Part shown: positions 55,241 to 64,000 of the stretch, in pieces | How positions within the stretch are numbered: the first letter of the stretch is position 1 | Layout: every line of letters begins with the position of its first letter | From: an uncultured virus (IMG/VR IMGVR_UViG_3300043446_000670) | Taxonomy: Duplodnaviria > Heunggongvirae > Uroviricota > Caudoviricetes | Strand: one strand, 5' to 3' | IMG/VR virus record: IMGVR_UViG_3300043446_000670 | DNA length: 64,000 nucleotides | The notes under the pieces: generated by a model | Database searches by the model: none | Told to the model about the DNA's origin: nothing | Seen by the model: the letters and a program-made list of their open reading frames with translations, nothing else | Made by a program: the position numbers and the translations under genes

Positions 55241-57370
55241 TTATTGCCTTGGCAGTGCCACGCTGGGCGGGATGAAGTTCTGGGTGTAACGGGCGATGCC
55301 TTTGGTGACTCGCAGGTCGTCTAAATATCCATTTATTGCTTGGCTTCCGTCTGATGTATTAGCACCAACGCCAAAGTTTGTTGTTACTGTCCAATCGTTA
55401 GAGTCTGTTCCCGTTGCCACGCTTGTGCCATTCACATAAATTTTTGTTTGGTTTGTTCCTGTGCTTTCTCTTACAACAGCAACGTGCGACCAAGTTGAAG
55501 TTGTAAGTGCTGTGTTGTATGCAAGCACATCGCCAACTCCATATTTATTTAAAGCAACCTTCGCATTACTTATGATTACAACTATTCCATTTGTGGCATT
55601 TGCACCTATTACATGATAAGAACCGGCAGCAAGAGAGCTTGGATATATCCAAAATTCTATGGTGTATGCGCCAGTTCCAAAAGCATATAAAGCGTTGCTT
55701 GGAAGTTTAAGATAATCCCCCGTCCCATCAAAATACATGCTCCCACTGCCATACTTCACGACACTGGTGCTGACAGATGCGTTGCCGACTGTCTCCAGAT
55801 TGTTCTTCATCGTGCCGTCGTAGATACCGGCGTTGGTGAAGTTGAGTAGCAGGTTTGTATTCGCAACTGCTGTGGGCGGTGAAGTTGGAATTGTGTAGGT
55901 AGTGCCCGTGTAAAGAGCTGTACCTTTAATTGTTCTGACACCACTGATGTAACTGTTTGGAGCTTGTGATGTCCCACTGTTGTTAGCAAGAACACCAAGA
56001 CCAGATGACCCAAGCGTTCCAGTTGCGGTAGTCGTAGCAACCCTTACACCGTTCAAATACGTGCTAAATGTTGAACCGCTACGAGTAAACGCCATGTGGT
56101 TCCATGCGTTCCTTACGGCAGTTCCCATATTCAAGTTGCTGACAATATCCCATGAACTTCCACCAGTTCCGGCAAAAGCTCCAAGAGTTCCGTTGCTGTT
56201 ATAGGTATACATCGCATAACAACGATTTGTGCCGCCGGTCGATGCCATAGTTAATATTTCGCCATCTGCACTAAAAGCCAGCGGATACCACCACAGCTCA
56301 ATGGTGAAGTCAGAACTTCCAAGCGTGAGGTTGGCATTCGACGCAATCGTCAAGTAATCGCCAGTGCCATCGCTGTACCCAGACCCGCCGATGACATCCG
56401 AGGTCCACTGGTACTGTGGGGCGAACGGAGAGAAGGCTTGGACGGATGGTGTTCCTGTAGCAACAGAAACAGCTTTTGGGGTTGTGCTGTTATCCACAAA
56501 ACGATTGCTTTGGCAAGTAACTAAAGAAACCGTTCCTGTAATGGAAGATGCCGCACCTGCCCCTGTAGAGCCAACTGTTAGTGCGTTTAATGCTGAAGTA
56601 GCGGGAGTAAACGACCCTGTATATAAAGCTTGTCCTTTAATAACTCGAAGATTTGAAACATATCCTGTCGTGCTGTAAGTTCCATCAGAACGTCTTCCTG
56701 TATATGGAGCATTAGTTGACGAACCTAAAGAGGCCGATGAAGTTACTCCAGTTCCACCAATTCCATTTACATAAACAGTAATTGTTGTTCCGCTTCTAAC
56801 TGCTGCAAAATGGTTCCAAGTATTGATTGCAACTGCTGGAGAATAAGACCAAGAAGTTCCATTGTAATAAGCAAATTGACCAGCAGAAGAATCATATATG
56901 AACTGATCACCCTGCCCAGAACCCCCGGTTCCATACATAAAAGACGTTGAATTTGCAGTTATGTACGCCCAACCTTCAATAGTAAAATTGCCCGTTCCAA
57001 AGTTAAAATCGGCATTTGCTGCATAACTTATTGAAGAAGACCCATCAAAATAGTTCCCCCAGCCAGTTGCACTAAAAGGCGTGAACGCACCTTGGGTGGT
57101 ATTGCCGTTCCTAGTGATCGTGAAGTTGTTGCTAGACGAGTCTAAGAACGTGTTGTTCTGTGAACCGTTGGCGATGTTGTCAGCTTGAAGCAGCAACGTG
57201 CTGTAGTCAAACAGAGGGTCTGTAGCCCACTGCCCTGTAGTAATAGCCTGTGCCTGCTGCTGTAGCGTAAATACGCCCTGATACTGGACAGTATTCGGGC
57301 TGGTCGTGATATTCGATGCAAGCGGGTTGTAGCCCGGCTTGTTGATATTGCCCAGATAACGCAGGCCCAT
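55241..57370 (-). CDS. Tail fibre/adhesin with three LamG domains (paralogue)
   Basis: Same repeat units and linkers as the downstream gene. Confidence 0.8.
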   Translation of the reverse strand: MGLRYLGNINKPGYNPLASNITTSPNTVQYQGVFTLQQQAQAITTGQWATDPLFDYSTLLLQADNIANGSQNNTFLDSSSNNFTITRNGNTTQGAFTPFSATGWGNYFDGSSSISYAANADFNFGTGNFTIEGWAYITANSTSFMYGTGGSGQGDQFIYDSSAGQFAYYNGTSWSYSPAVAINTWNHFAAVRSGTTITVYVNGIGGTGVTSSASLGSSTNAPYTGRRSDGTYSTTGYVSNLRVIKGQALYTGSFTPATSALNALTVGSTGAGAASSITGTVSLVTCQSNRFVDNSTTPKAVSVATGTPSVQAFSPFAPQYQWTSDVIGGSGYSDGTGDYLTIASNANLTLGSSDFTIELWWYPLAFSADGEILTMASTGGTNRCYAMYTYNSNGTLGAFAGTGGSSWDIVSNLNMGTAVRNAWNHMAFTRSGSTFSTYLNGVRVATTTATGTLGSSGLGVLANNSGTSQAPNSYISGVRTIKGTALYTGTTYTIPTSPPTAVANTNLLLNFTNAGIYDGTMKNNLETVGNASVSTSVVKYGSGSMYFDGTGDYLKLPSNALYAFGTGAYTIEFWIYPSSLAAGSYHVIGANATNGIVVIISNAKVALNKYGVGDVLAYNTALTTSTWSHVAVVRESTGTNQTKIYVNGTSVATGTDSNDWTVTTNFGVGANTSDGSQAINGYLDDLRVTKGIARYTQNFIPPSVALPRQ

Positions 57371-57373
57371 GCT

Positions 57374-57694
57374 TTACTCCAATGCAGAAATGTCAGCAGA
57401 TGTCATCGCTGGTATTTGTTCGCTGCTCAGTACAGCCACGGGTTCAGTAGTCGCCTCTTGCACTACCTCCTCAACCACAGGCAGAGCGTGCTCCATCCAC
57501 TGACCCTCAGACTGGCTCCACGAATACTTGAACCCTTCCTTCACCGGCATAGGATCGCGCACAACCCAGCCCGGTGGATACCACCAGACAACTTCCTTGC
57601 CTTCAGGTGCAACAGGCGGGTCTTCAACTTCAATCCAGCCTTCACTACCGTCCATTTGCGGATATGGGATGGACCCGTTTTTGCTGTAGAGCAT
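57374..57694 (-). CDS. Putative tail fibre-associated small protein
   Basis: Trp/Pro-rich; adjacent to fibre genes. Confidence 0.5.
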   Translation of the reverse strand: MLYSKNGSIPYPQMDGSEGWIEVEDPPVAPEGKEVVWWYPPGWVVRDPMPVKEGFKYSWSQSEGQWMEHALPVVEEVVQEATTEPVAVLSSEQIPAMTSADISALE

Positions 57695-57704
57695 ACGTCA
57701 CCTA

Positions 57705-58112
57705 TCAGGTAATGGCTTCAAAGGTTGCCGTAAAGGTCAGGGCAGATGCAGTACCGGAATATGCGGCAACAGACTGGTTCTCCGTGATGTACAGAGAGTT
57801 CGTCTTGTCCACAATCACCAGCGTTGCGTTCGGGGGTACAGAAATCTGGTATGCCGGGTAGGACACAACTGTTGCCGAACCGAACGTGGCGTTGTTGCCT
57901 AAAGCGATGGTTGCCGTCGCTGCACTTGAAGTCGTGTTCGCCGCAGTGATTGAAGTCACGCGGTTGACTGTACCCGCTGCAGGAGTCAGACCAGTCAGGG
58001 AAGTCGTACCGTTGTACGTCCACGAAGTCGTGGCTGTAGCAGCGGATGAGGGGATAACGTAAGCGGTATTACCGTAAATTGCCGTTACGTTAACGATGTT
58101 AGGATTTGCCAT
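57705..58112 (-). CDS. Virion structural protein
   Basis: MANPNIVNVT...ISVPPNATL. Confidence 0.6.
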   Translation of the reverse strand: MANPNIVNVTAIYGNTAYVIPSSAATATTSWTYNGTTSLTGLTPAAGTVNRVTSITAANTTSSAATATIALGNNATFGSATVVSYPAYQISVPPNATLVIVDKTNSLYITENQSVAAYSGTASALTFTATFEAIT

Positions 58113-58124
58113 CTTGATAACTCC

Positions 58125-59063
58125 TTAGAAGCCAAAAATAAGGGACATAGCTATGGCTTTCCCTGTTGAAATACCACCACTTGATGCGCCCCATACAGGA
58201 ACACCACCTGTTACCGTGAGAACCTGACCCGATGAACCAATTGACAGCTTGCTCAAAGTGTTAGTTGCAGAGGCATACAGAAGGTCACCAGTGGTATAGG
58301 TACTCTGTGCAGTACCGCCGTTCGTAGCCGGTAAAGTGCCCGTGACACCTGTTGAAAGAGGTAGACCTGTGGCATTCGTCAGGGTTCCAGAGCTTGGTGT
58401 ACCCAAAGCTCCACCATTAACAACAACCGATCCTGCGCTGCCGACGTTGACCCCCAGAGCCGTCGTGACACCTGTGCCTGTCGTGATTGTCGAAGGGGCT
58501 ACACCTGCACCGCCGCCTACAACCAGCGCACTTGCTGACAGCGCACCAGAGCTTGCAAGGGTTCCGGAAGCCGAGTAGTACAGGACACCGCCAGACGTAC
58601 CAGAGCTAATACCTGTGCCGCCAGAAGCCACGGGGAGAGCCGCTCCCAGTGTCATGGAGGATGCGTATGTGGTCACATCAACGACGTTCGTGCCGTCGTT
58701 GTAGACCATCATGGTCTTGCCTGTTGGTACAGCGATGCCGGTTCCGGTGGAGTTCTTGACCGTGACCGTATCTGCTACGCCGTTATAAATAATGTATGAC
58801 TTCTCGATGGCGGGGACAATTAAGTTTCTTGCGCCGCCAGAGGTTCCAGTTAGGTTTAAACGGAAGTTACGCGCCGTCTGGGATGCGTTGGTATCCGTCA
58901 GGGTTAAGGTAACGTCTGCGCTGGCAAAGGTAACGTCAGCAGACCCAACGATTGCCTCTTCAAGCGCAGTACCCAAGTTCGTGTTGGTCGTAATGCCCCA
59001 CGTACCTGACTGCTCACCCGTGGCAATCAGTTCAATTTTTAGATTGCTGTATGTACTAGCCAT
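58125..59063 (-). CDS. Tail fibre-like protein
   Basis: MASTYS...GEQSGTWG start; LPVASGGTG and GTPSSGTLTNATGLP fibre motifs. Confidence 0.7.
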   Translation of the reverse strand: MASTYSNLKIELIATGEQSGTWGITTNTNLGTALEEAIVGSADVTFASADVTLTLTDTNASQTARNFRLNLTGTSGGARNLIVPAIEKSYIIYNGVADTVTVKNSTGTGIAVPTGKTMMVYNDGTNVVDVTTYASSMTLGAALPVASGGTGISSGTSGGVLYYSASGTLASSGALSASALVVGGGAGVAPSTITTGTGVTTALGVNVGSAGSVVVNGGALGTPSSGTLTNATGLPLSTGVTGTLPATNGGTAQSTYTTGDLLYASATNTLSKLSIGSSGQVLTVTGGVPVWGASSGGISTGKAIAMSLIFGF

Positions 59064-59072
59064 GTTCTTTCC

Positions 59073-59996
59073 TTATGCCGCTTGAATTTCGACCCAATTA
59101 GGATCTTGGTAGTTGCCAATTACAGACCAGTTTGGATTCTGATAATCATCAACTGCCGTCCATCCACCTATTACTACTGAACCAACCTGACCCGTGCCAG
59201 ATACGCCAGTTACTACTACCGTGTCATCCGTTTTAATTACAACCGTGCCTATCGCACCTGTTGCAAAAACACCTGTTGGAATCTTGGTTGGTGTGGGTAC
59301 AACCGATCCCACAGAAGCTGTTGCGCCAACCCCGGTTACATTCACTAGACCCGGATAATCTAGTATTACGTCCCCTATGGTTCCTGTACCTTGAACGCCC
59401 GTGGCATTAAAGGTAGAACTTATAGAGAACGCTGCCGTTCCAACATCTCCAGTTGCACTTACTCCCGTGACAACTGTTATTACCTGTGGTGTTACCGGTT
59501 CTACAGATCCTGTTCCAGATACCCCGGTAGCATGTATAACCGTTCCAATAACGAAAGTAACAGTTCCTACCGCGCCAATGCCTTCCACACCAATAGGCAC
59601 GACAATATCATCAACCTGTACAGAGAAGTTGCCAATCTGACCAATACCCTGTACGCCTGTTGTGGTGAAAGAAACTAAGGGGGTAACCGTTCCAACCTGA
59701 CCCGTTCCTTCAACCCCAACCGGGATAACAATGTCACCTGTTGATGTAGTTACGTTCCCTACATCGCCCGTACCGGAAACGCCGGTAATGGATGGGCTTA
59801 CAACTAGAGCGACACTTCCTACACTGCCTGTTCCTGATACTCCTGTCGGGGTGACAATCTTGGCTTCAATAATGCCGCCCCAGCCATTTTCACCCCATGT
59901 GCCAATGCCCCAGCCTGCTGTATTGGTCGTAGGAATGCCGCCCCAAGTAGCGTCCCCCCACGCACCTTCACCCCAAGACTTAACAAGGTTTGGCAC
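59073..59996 (-). CDS. V/G/T-repeat virion protein
   Basis: Many TGVxGTGxVGxV repeats; N-terminal WG repeats. Confidence 0.65.
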   Translation of the reverse strand: MPNLVKSWGEGAWGDATWGGIPTTNTAGWGIGTWGENGWGGIIEAKIVTPTGVSGTGSVGSVALVVSPSITGVSGTGDVGNVTTSTGDIVIPVGVEGTGQVGTVTPLVSFTTTGVQGIGQIGNFSVQVDDIVVPIGVEGIGAVGTVTFVIGTVIHATGVSGTGSVEPVTPQVITVVTGVSATGDVGTAAFSISSTFNATGVQGTGTIGDVILDYPGLVNVTGVGATASVGSVVPTPTKIPTGVFATGAIGTVVIKTDDTVVVTGVSGTGQVGSVVIGGWTAVDDYQNPNWSVIGNYQDPNWVEIQAA

Positions 59997-60008
59997 ATTC
60001 TCTTCCTA

Positions 60009-60470
60009 TTAGGCGATACGAATAATTGCAGTTGCTGCCGCAGGAGCCGGGAATTGAATCTGAAAGTCACCGGAACTCACTTGCTGGTCTCCACCAAAAT
60101 TCAACACAGCACAAGCGGGATCACCAGCAGCACTGTCGTTATAAATAATCGCACCGGAGGTGGTAAACGTCGCACCGCTCCATGTCGTGTTATCAAAGTC
60201 ACAAACAGCAGTCGTGCCGTCTGCAACCGGCGTAACTGATGTCAACGTTTTGCCACCCGTGGTGTAACCGTTTCCATTAGACAACTCATCCGAATTGCCC
60301 GTCAGATTGGTGTAGCTAGTCGTAGCTGCGCCGTAAGTTCCTGTAATAGATGCCGTAGCCTTGCCAAGAGCAATCTTGAAGGTGTTTCCAGTAGAGGCTG
60401 TGAAATTGTGTACCGCCTTCAGGATTTCCACCTTGAACGAGGTCGGCATTGCTGTAGTAAATCCGGGCAT
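60009..60470 (-). CDS. Virion structural protein (paralogue of 60762-61178)
   Basis: TSFK...FKIAL...GYTTGG...IYN...VLNFG. Confidence 0.65.
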   Translation of the reverse strand: MPGFTTAMPTSFKVEILKAVHNFTASTGNTFKIALGKATASITGTYGAATTSYTNLTGNSDELSNGNGYTTGGKTLTSVTPVADGTTAVCDFDNTTWSGATFTTSGAIIYNDSAAGDPACAVLNFGGDQQVSSGDFQIQFPAPAAATAIIRIA

Positions 60471-60471
60471 G

Positions 60472-60759
60472 TTAATTCTCCAAAAGTTTTACCAATTCAG
60501 GGTGCCCCGCTTCACGAAGGCGATTTGCCAGTGTGGTGTTATGCGAGGCAACTGCCTGACGCATATACCGCACCAATACTGCTCGGATCTGGCTCTTGAA
60601 CGCTTCCGCTTGGTCTCGGATAACGGGATGAGAGCTTTCCCCAACATAAACAATTTTCTCTAGCGCCATTTCTGCGACTTCCTCTGGAGTAAACCCTCGA
60701 CCAGAGACTGAAACAGCCTTGATTTCTCCCAAAAGAACGCCACCAGAGCTAGAGATCAT
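60472..60759 (-). CDS. Conserved hypothetical protein
   Basis: RGFTPEEVAE...IRDQAEAFK. Confidence 0.6.
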   Translation of the reverse strand: MISSSGGVLLGEIKAVSVSGRGFTPEEVAEMALEKIVYVGESSHPVIRDQAEAFKSQIRAVLVRYMRQAVASHNTTLANRLREAGHPELVKLLEN

Positions 60760-60761
60760 AA

Positions 60762-61178
60762 TTAATATGTACTTCTTATTAATGCTTCCGTTGCGGTATT
60801 CGGAGGCATGGTTATCAAAAAGGTCGTCGTGGATGTCTTGTCAGACCCAAAATCAAGCACCGCTATCGACTTGTTGCCCTTGCTTGCGTTGTAAATCAAT
60901 GCACATCTAGCCGTTATAGCCCCTGTCCAAGACACATCTGGGAAATCTACGTATGCCGTTGTCCCAGAAGAAGACACAGAAACAGGAGAAAGGACAGATC
61001 CCCCTGCCACGTAATTGCCCCCACTTGCCTCGTTTGATGCCGTATAAACAGTCGTATCTGCGTTTAAATTTGCATCCGCTGTGTATAAGGCTATCTTTAT
61101 GGTGTCAGTTGTCAAGTCATGAACGCCCTTGTACAACTCTTCCTTAAAGCTTGTGGTCTGTGTCTGGACGATGCTCAT
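60762..61178 (-). CDS. Virion structural protein
   Basis: TSFK...IKIALY...YVAGG...LIYN...VLDFG. Confidence 0.65.
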   Translation of the reverse strand: MSIVQTQTTSFKEELYKGVHDLTTDTIKIALYTADANLNADTTVYTASNEASGGNYVAGGSVLSPVSVSSSGTTAYVDFPDVSWTGAITARCALIYNASKGNKSIAVLDFGSDKTSTTTFLITMPPNTATEALIRSTY

Positions 61179-62101
61179 TAATTCACCTGCAATCTGACCT
61201 GACCATCACGATAAGCATCCATACGTTGTTTGCCATCTCCCAGATTCTTGAGCAGAGCAATGGACTGTGTATAACGATCCTCGTACAACCCTCTGTCTTC
61301 AGGCAGAACTTTCATATATGTCAACGCTTCCAACATCGTGGCATTGAACAGGGCTGAGTCAAAGTTGTCTCCAAGCCAAGTCGTGCCAGATGCGTTGGTT
61401 ACTGTGCCGACGGTTACCGTAAACCCTGATCCCAGACCACCAATATCTGCCGCGTCTGCGCTCAACACATCGTTAGTGACGTAATAACATCCACCGTCCA
61501 CCAAGCTGACAGAAGTAATGACATTCCCGGAAATGATGATGTTGACCAGCGCACCGTACCCTGTGCCATTGGTCAAAGGCACATTGAAGTAGGTTCCGTT
61601 TGCGTATCCCGTTCCAGCATTGGTAATAGACAAGGTTGAAATCGGGCTTTGAACAATCGAATCCGGGTAGTAGTAATAATGCAGTTCTGCCCCATAGTTT
61701 GCATCAGGGGTAGGACCAACGATGAATGTCAGTTCATTAACATTCGATGAGACAGGACCAAACAGGGCGTAGTGTTTTGGCTTGCCGGTGTCTGATGGAC
61801 CGGGATATGCCTCGCGGATAAAGTTCACATCCTTGTTCAGCAAATAGGAGTAATCCCCGCCGCCATTGGGATAGATTGCTAGGGAGTACACAGAAAGGAA
61901 GTCTGTCGGACATTGGAGGTACTTATTGCCCGACGTAAGTGTTCCCGTCACGTTCTTTCTCAGGTTTGCAATCTGCACCGTGTTGTAGATGCGCTGCTCT
62001 GCCTGACGTATGAACGTGTTTATGATTCGCGGGTTAGACGCATAGTCAAAATCGTTTTCCGCGTAATCCTGAACTGTGCTGACAAGGTCTGCGTAGTTCA
62101 T
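61178..62101 (-). CDS. Head-tail adaptor / tail tubular-like protein with inserted beta domain
   Basis: FIRQAEQRI...GPTPD..Y..ELHYYYYP...TWLGDN. Confidence 0.7.
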   Translation of the reverse strand: MNYADLVSTVQDYAENDFDYASNPRIINTFIRQAEQRIYNTVQIANLRKNVTGTLTSGNKYLQCPTDFLSVYSLAIYPNGGGDYSYLLNKDVNFIREAYPGPSDTGKPKHYALFGPVSSNVNELTFIVGPTPDANYGAELHYYYYPDSIVQSPISTLSITNAGTGYANGTYFNVPLTNGTGYGALVNIIISGNVITSVSLVDGGCYYVTNDVLSADAADIGGLGSGFTVTVGTVTNASGTTWLGDNFDSALFNATMLEALTYMKVLPEDRGLYEDRYTQSIALLKNLGDGKQRMDAYRDGQVRLQVN

Positions 62102-62104
62102 TTA

Positions 62105-62362
62105 TCACCCCATTGGACCACGCGCCATCACACCCTTGGTTGCTGCACCGGTGCCACGAATCTTGATGCCAGAGGTCTTGTCGGCTGGGTAGTTACCCTT
62201 GCTGATCGTGCCAACAGAAATGTCCATGTTGTCCATGACCTTCGCGCCGGACTCGGTATTGACCTTGGGTTTGGTTGCCTTACCAGACATATCATGGGGC
62301 GCGGCATAGGTTTTAGCCTGACCGACTTCCTTGCCACCCATTTTGTGACTGAACTTAGCCAT
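62105..62362 (-). CDS. Small basic protein
   Basis: Ends GIKIRGTGAATKGVMARGPMG. Confidence 0.65.
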   Translation of the reverse strand: MAKFSHKMGGKEVGQAKTYAAPHDMSGKATKPKVNTESGAKVMDNMDISVGTISKGNYPADKTSGIKIRGTGAATKGVMARGPMG

Positions 62363-62526
62363 TATCGACCCCTTCCGGTAGAACGCTGGTTCATGGCACG
62401 AGCCAAATTACGCCCATATTTCTTCATTTCTGAGCTTGTCACGCCGCCTTTGCTCATTTTATGCATACGTTTTTCATGCGCCTTGACTTCCTTATCGGCG
62501 ATCTTCTTAACTTCTGACTTATCCAT
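62362..62526 (-). CDS. 54-aa basic protein with MSKGG motif
   Basis: Manual translation MDKSEVKK...MSKGGVTSSEMKKYGRNLARAMNQ; SD AAGGAG; TAATG overlap. Confidence 0.65.
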   Translation of the reverse strand: MDKSEVKKIADKEVKAHEKRMHKMSKGGVTSSEMKKYGRNLARAMNQRSTGRGR

Positions 62527-62535
62527 GTTTGCTCC

Positions 62536-62952
62536 TTATGTCACACTTACAGTCGCGTTTCCTACCAGCGCCTTAGACACCAGATTATTTGGTGTCAAAA
62601 CGGCATCGTAATTTCTAGAACCACCAACCGGATACCAGCCCCATTGAATATCCCGTGAGCCACCTGTGGGGTATCCGGCATCTCCACCATTCGGGGCATC
62701 CTGTAGACCGTTTAAACCAGCGGTAAAGTAGGTCGTATCTGGACGCGGTTCCCGGACTGCTTGCGGATCATCCACTGGGTACATACCCAATTGCAACTGA
62801 GGATGATCAGGAGACCAGCACTCGTCACAAACTTTCAATTGGTACAACTTTGTTTTAACAACCTCATAACGAAGCTGCTTAAGTTTAAACCTAAAACCGC
62901 AAATATCACACTGGGCAATGCTCCATTTTCCAGAGGAATATCTGTTTCCCAT
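62536..62952 (-). CDS. Conserved zinc-binding phage protein
   Basis: CDICGF...VCDECW..DHPQL...DPQAVREPRPD. Confidence 0.7.
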   Translation of the reverse strand: MGNRYSSGKWSIAQCDICGFRFKLKQLRYEVVKTKLYQLKVCDECWSPDHPQLQLGMYPVDDPQAVREPRPDTTYFTAGLNGLQDAPNGGDAGYPTGGSRDIQWGWYPVGGSRNYDAVLTPNNLVSKALVGNATVSVT

Positions 62953-63884
62953 CAGTAATAACTCCCACCAATGAAAGTTGCCCTTGGGACAAGTCTCAGA
63001 GCAGCTTTTTCCCGGTCTTCCCCTGCCGCCAGATTGAACTGTTCGTCATAGACAGCCTTCAACATATCCAGCCTTGATGCCATTTCTGGGATCTTCATGG
63101 CGATGTAATAAGCCAATCCTGCGACTAGGCATGGGTAGAACCTGAAGTTCATATCTGCCGTTTGGATACCATTACCCGCATCCTGCACCCGGCGAAGTCT
63201 CCAGTAGGCAAGCGTGTAGGTCTGGGAGCCATCAGGCGTAGGCCAGACAGTAACGGCTGGAAGCTGCGGCGCATAGACCGTTGTGCCAGTGGTATGGGGT
63301 GCGGCGGTCGTGTTGTTCTGACCACGGAATATATTCATCAGGACGTTGCCAGAAATATAACCATAGTAGATGTCTTCACTGTCGATCCGGATGTATCCAC
63401 TTGAAGCTAAGTTATTTGTGGAACTTAGGGTGATCGTGTTGTCTGTGGCAGTAAGGTTGCCAACCAAGGTAGCCCCGGCAGGACCAACCTGACCAGACAA
63501 CCGCTGTATCCAGATCTGAATTGGACGAGCTTGAGTGAGCTTATTTGGGATTGTTGCGTAGGTCGATGCGCTGATGCGGCTGATGTTTAAATCAGTTTGC
63601 AGGTTCTGCTGGTTGGCGTTTGTACGAATTACATGCTCCAACAGGTCAATCGTGTCTATAGGTAGTGGGTATGTGTTTAAACCTTGCTCGAACGTAATCG
63701 TCCCTTGCTCGATTGTCCACATGTTGATACCACGGTTTGCCCACTCAATCGTCAAAAGGTTCATGGAACGACGAGCAGTCTTGAGATCGTAACCGCTGCG
63801 CATCTCGCGCCCAGCCCTCTCCCACGCCTCCTCGGCGATCTCCGTGAACTCCATATTGAAAAGGGTTGAGCCGGTAGTAGTCAT
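62952..63884 (-). CDS. Head-tail connector-like protein with inserted beta domain
   Basis: EEAWERAG...ARRSMNLL..EWANRG...WPTPD...AGLAYY. Confidence 0.7.
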   Translation of the reverse strand: MTTTGSTLFNMEFTEIAEEAWERAGREMRSGYDLKTARRSMNLLTIEWANRGINMWTIEQGTITFEQGLNTYPLPIDTIDLLEHVIRTNANQQNLQTDLNISRISASTYATIPNKLTQARPIQIWIQRLSGQVGPAGATLVGNLTATDNTITLSSTNNLASSGYIRIDSEDIYYGYISGNVLMNIFRGQNNTTAAPHTTGTTVYAPQLPAVTVWPTPDGSQTYTLAYWRLRRVQDAGNGIQTADMNFRFYPCLVAGLAYYIAMKIPEMASRLDMLKAVYDEQFNLAAGEDREKAALRLVPRATFIGGSYY

Positions 63885-63887
63885 GGT

Positions 63888-64000
63888 TTAGCCCAGTTCT
63901 TCTTCTGCCATTATCTCTTCTGCAATCTCTCTGGATTCGTCTTCCAAGACTTCTTCCAGACCACAAAAGCATGGGTTATCAAATTCTTCTTTTGCCGGGC
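63888..64000 (-). CDS. C-terminal fragment of an acidic protein (5' end outside the window)
   Basis: Open frame ...PAKEEFDNPCFCGLEEVLEDESREIAEEIMAEEELG* ending 3 nt before the next ATG. Confidence 0.45.
   Translation of the reverse strand, partial: PAKEEFDNPCFCGLEEVLEDESREIAEEIMAEEELG

Noticed and set aside
48130..56498. Isolated TTATCCACA at 48130 and 56490
   Set aside because: Single copies inside coding sequence, compatible with chance
52457..57370. Diversity-generating retroelement acting on the fibre genes
   Set aside because: No reverse transcriptase seen and no template/variable repeat pair differing only at adenines
61913..62611. 232-aa plus-strand ORF
   Set aside because: Antisense to four coupled minus-strand genes; no recognisable motif
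3021..63682. TTTAAAC read as a -1 frameshift slippery site
   Set aside because: It is part of a palindrome found on both strands, in different frames and in intergenic DNA, with no consistent downstream structure or extended alternative frame noticed

Overview
The window is almost entirely a tailed dsDNA phage genome (Caudoviricetes) with a podovirus-like layout: no tape measure or sheath gene is recognisable and it has large internal/ejection proteins. It looks like a circularly permuted, nearly complete genome, because both edges fall inside the same minus-strand structural operon. Modules: head and packaging (TerS, LexA-like HTH, TerL, portal, GroES, scaffold, gpT-like major capsid, array of small basic proteins; 1-13.9 kb, minus); a control region with a near-perfect chromosomal parS and three DnaA boxes (13.0-14.3 kb); a GC-rich early cassette (SprT-like protease, MoxR/CobS-like AAA+, vWA; 14.3-19.5 kb, plus); replication and recombination (primase-helicase, RusA, PD-(D/E)xK exonuclease, Sak3-like, SSB; 19.6-30.4 kb) with a c4-like antisense RNA; a 2831-aa polyvalent protein; and ejection, tail, lysis (GH19 endolysin, embedded spanins) and LamG fibre genes (30.4-64 kb, minus). 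No DNA polymerase, integrase or ParA/ParB is visible. The strongest unexplained signals are: (1) at least 32 copies of the palindrome GTTTAAAC, where about 1 is expected; (2) host-type parS plus DnaA boxes without cognate phage proteins; (3) a cassette array of basic proteins sharing C-terminal ADGIAKxGKTK and [YMF]xxGG tags; (4) a modular polyvalent protein with a recurring (K/R)(Y/F)(S/N)L(R/Q) boundary motif; (5) several structured intergenic RNAs. All family assignments come from motif recognition by eye, not database searches.
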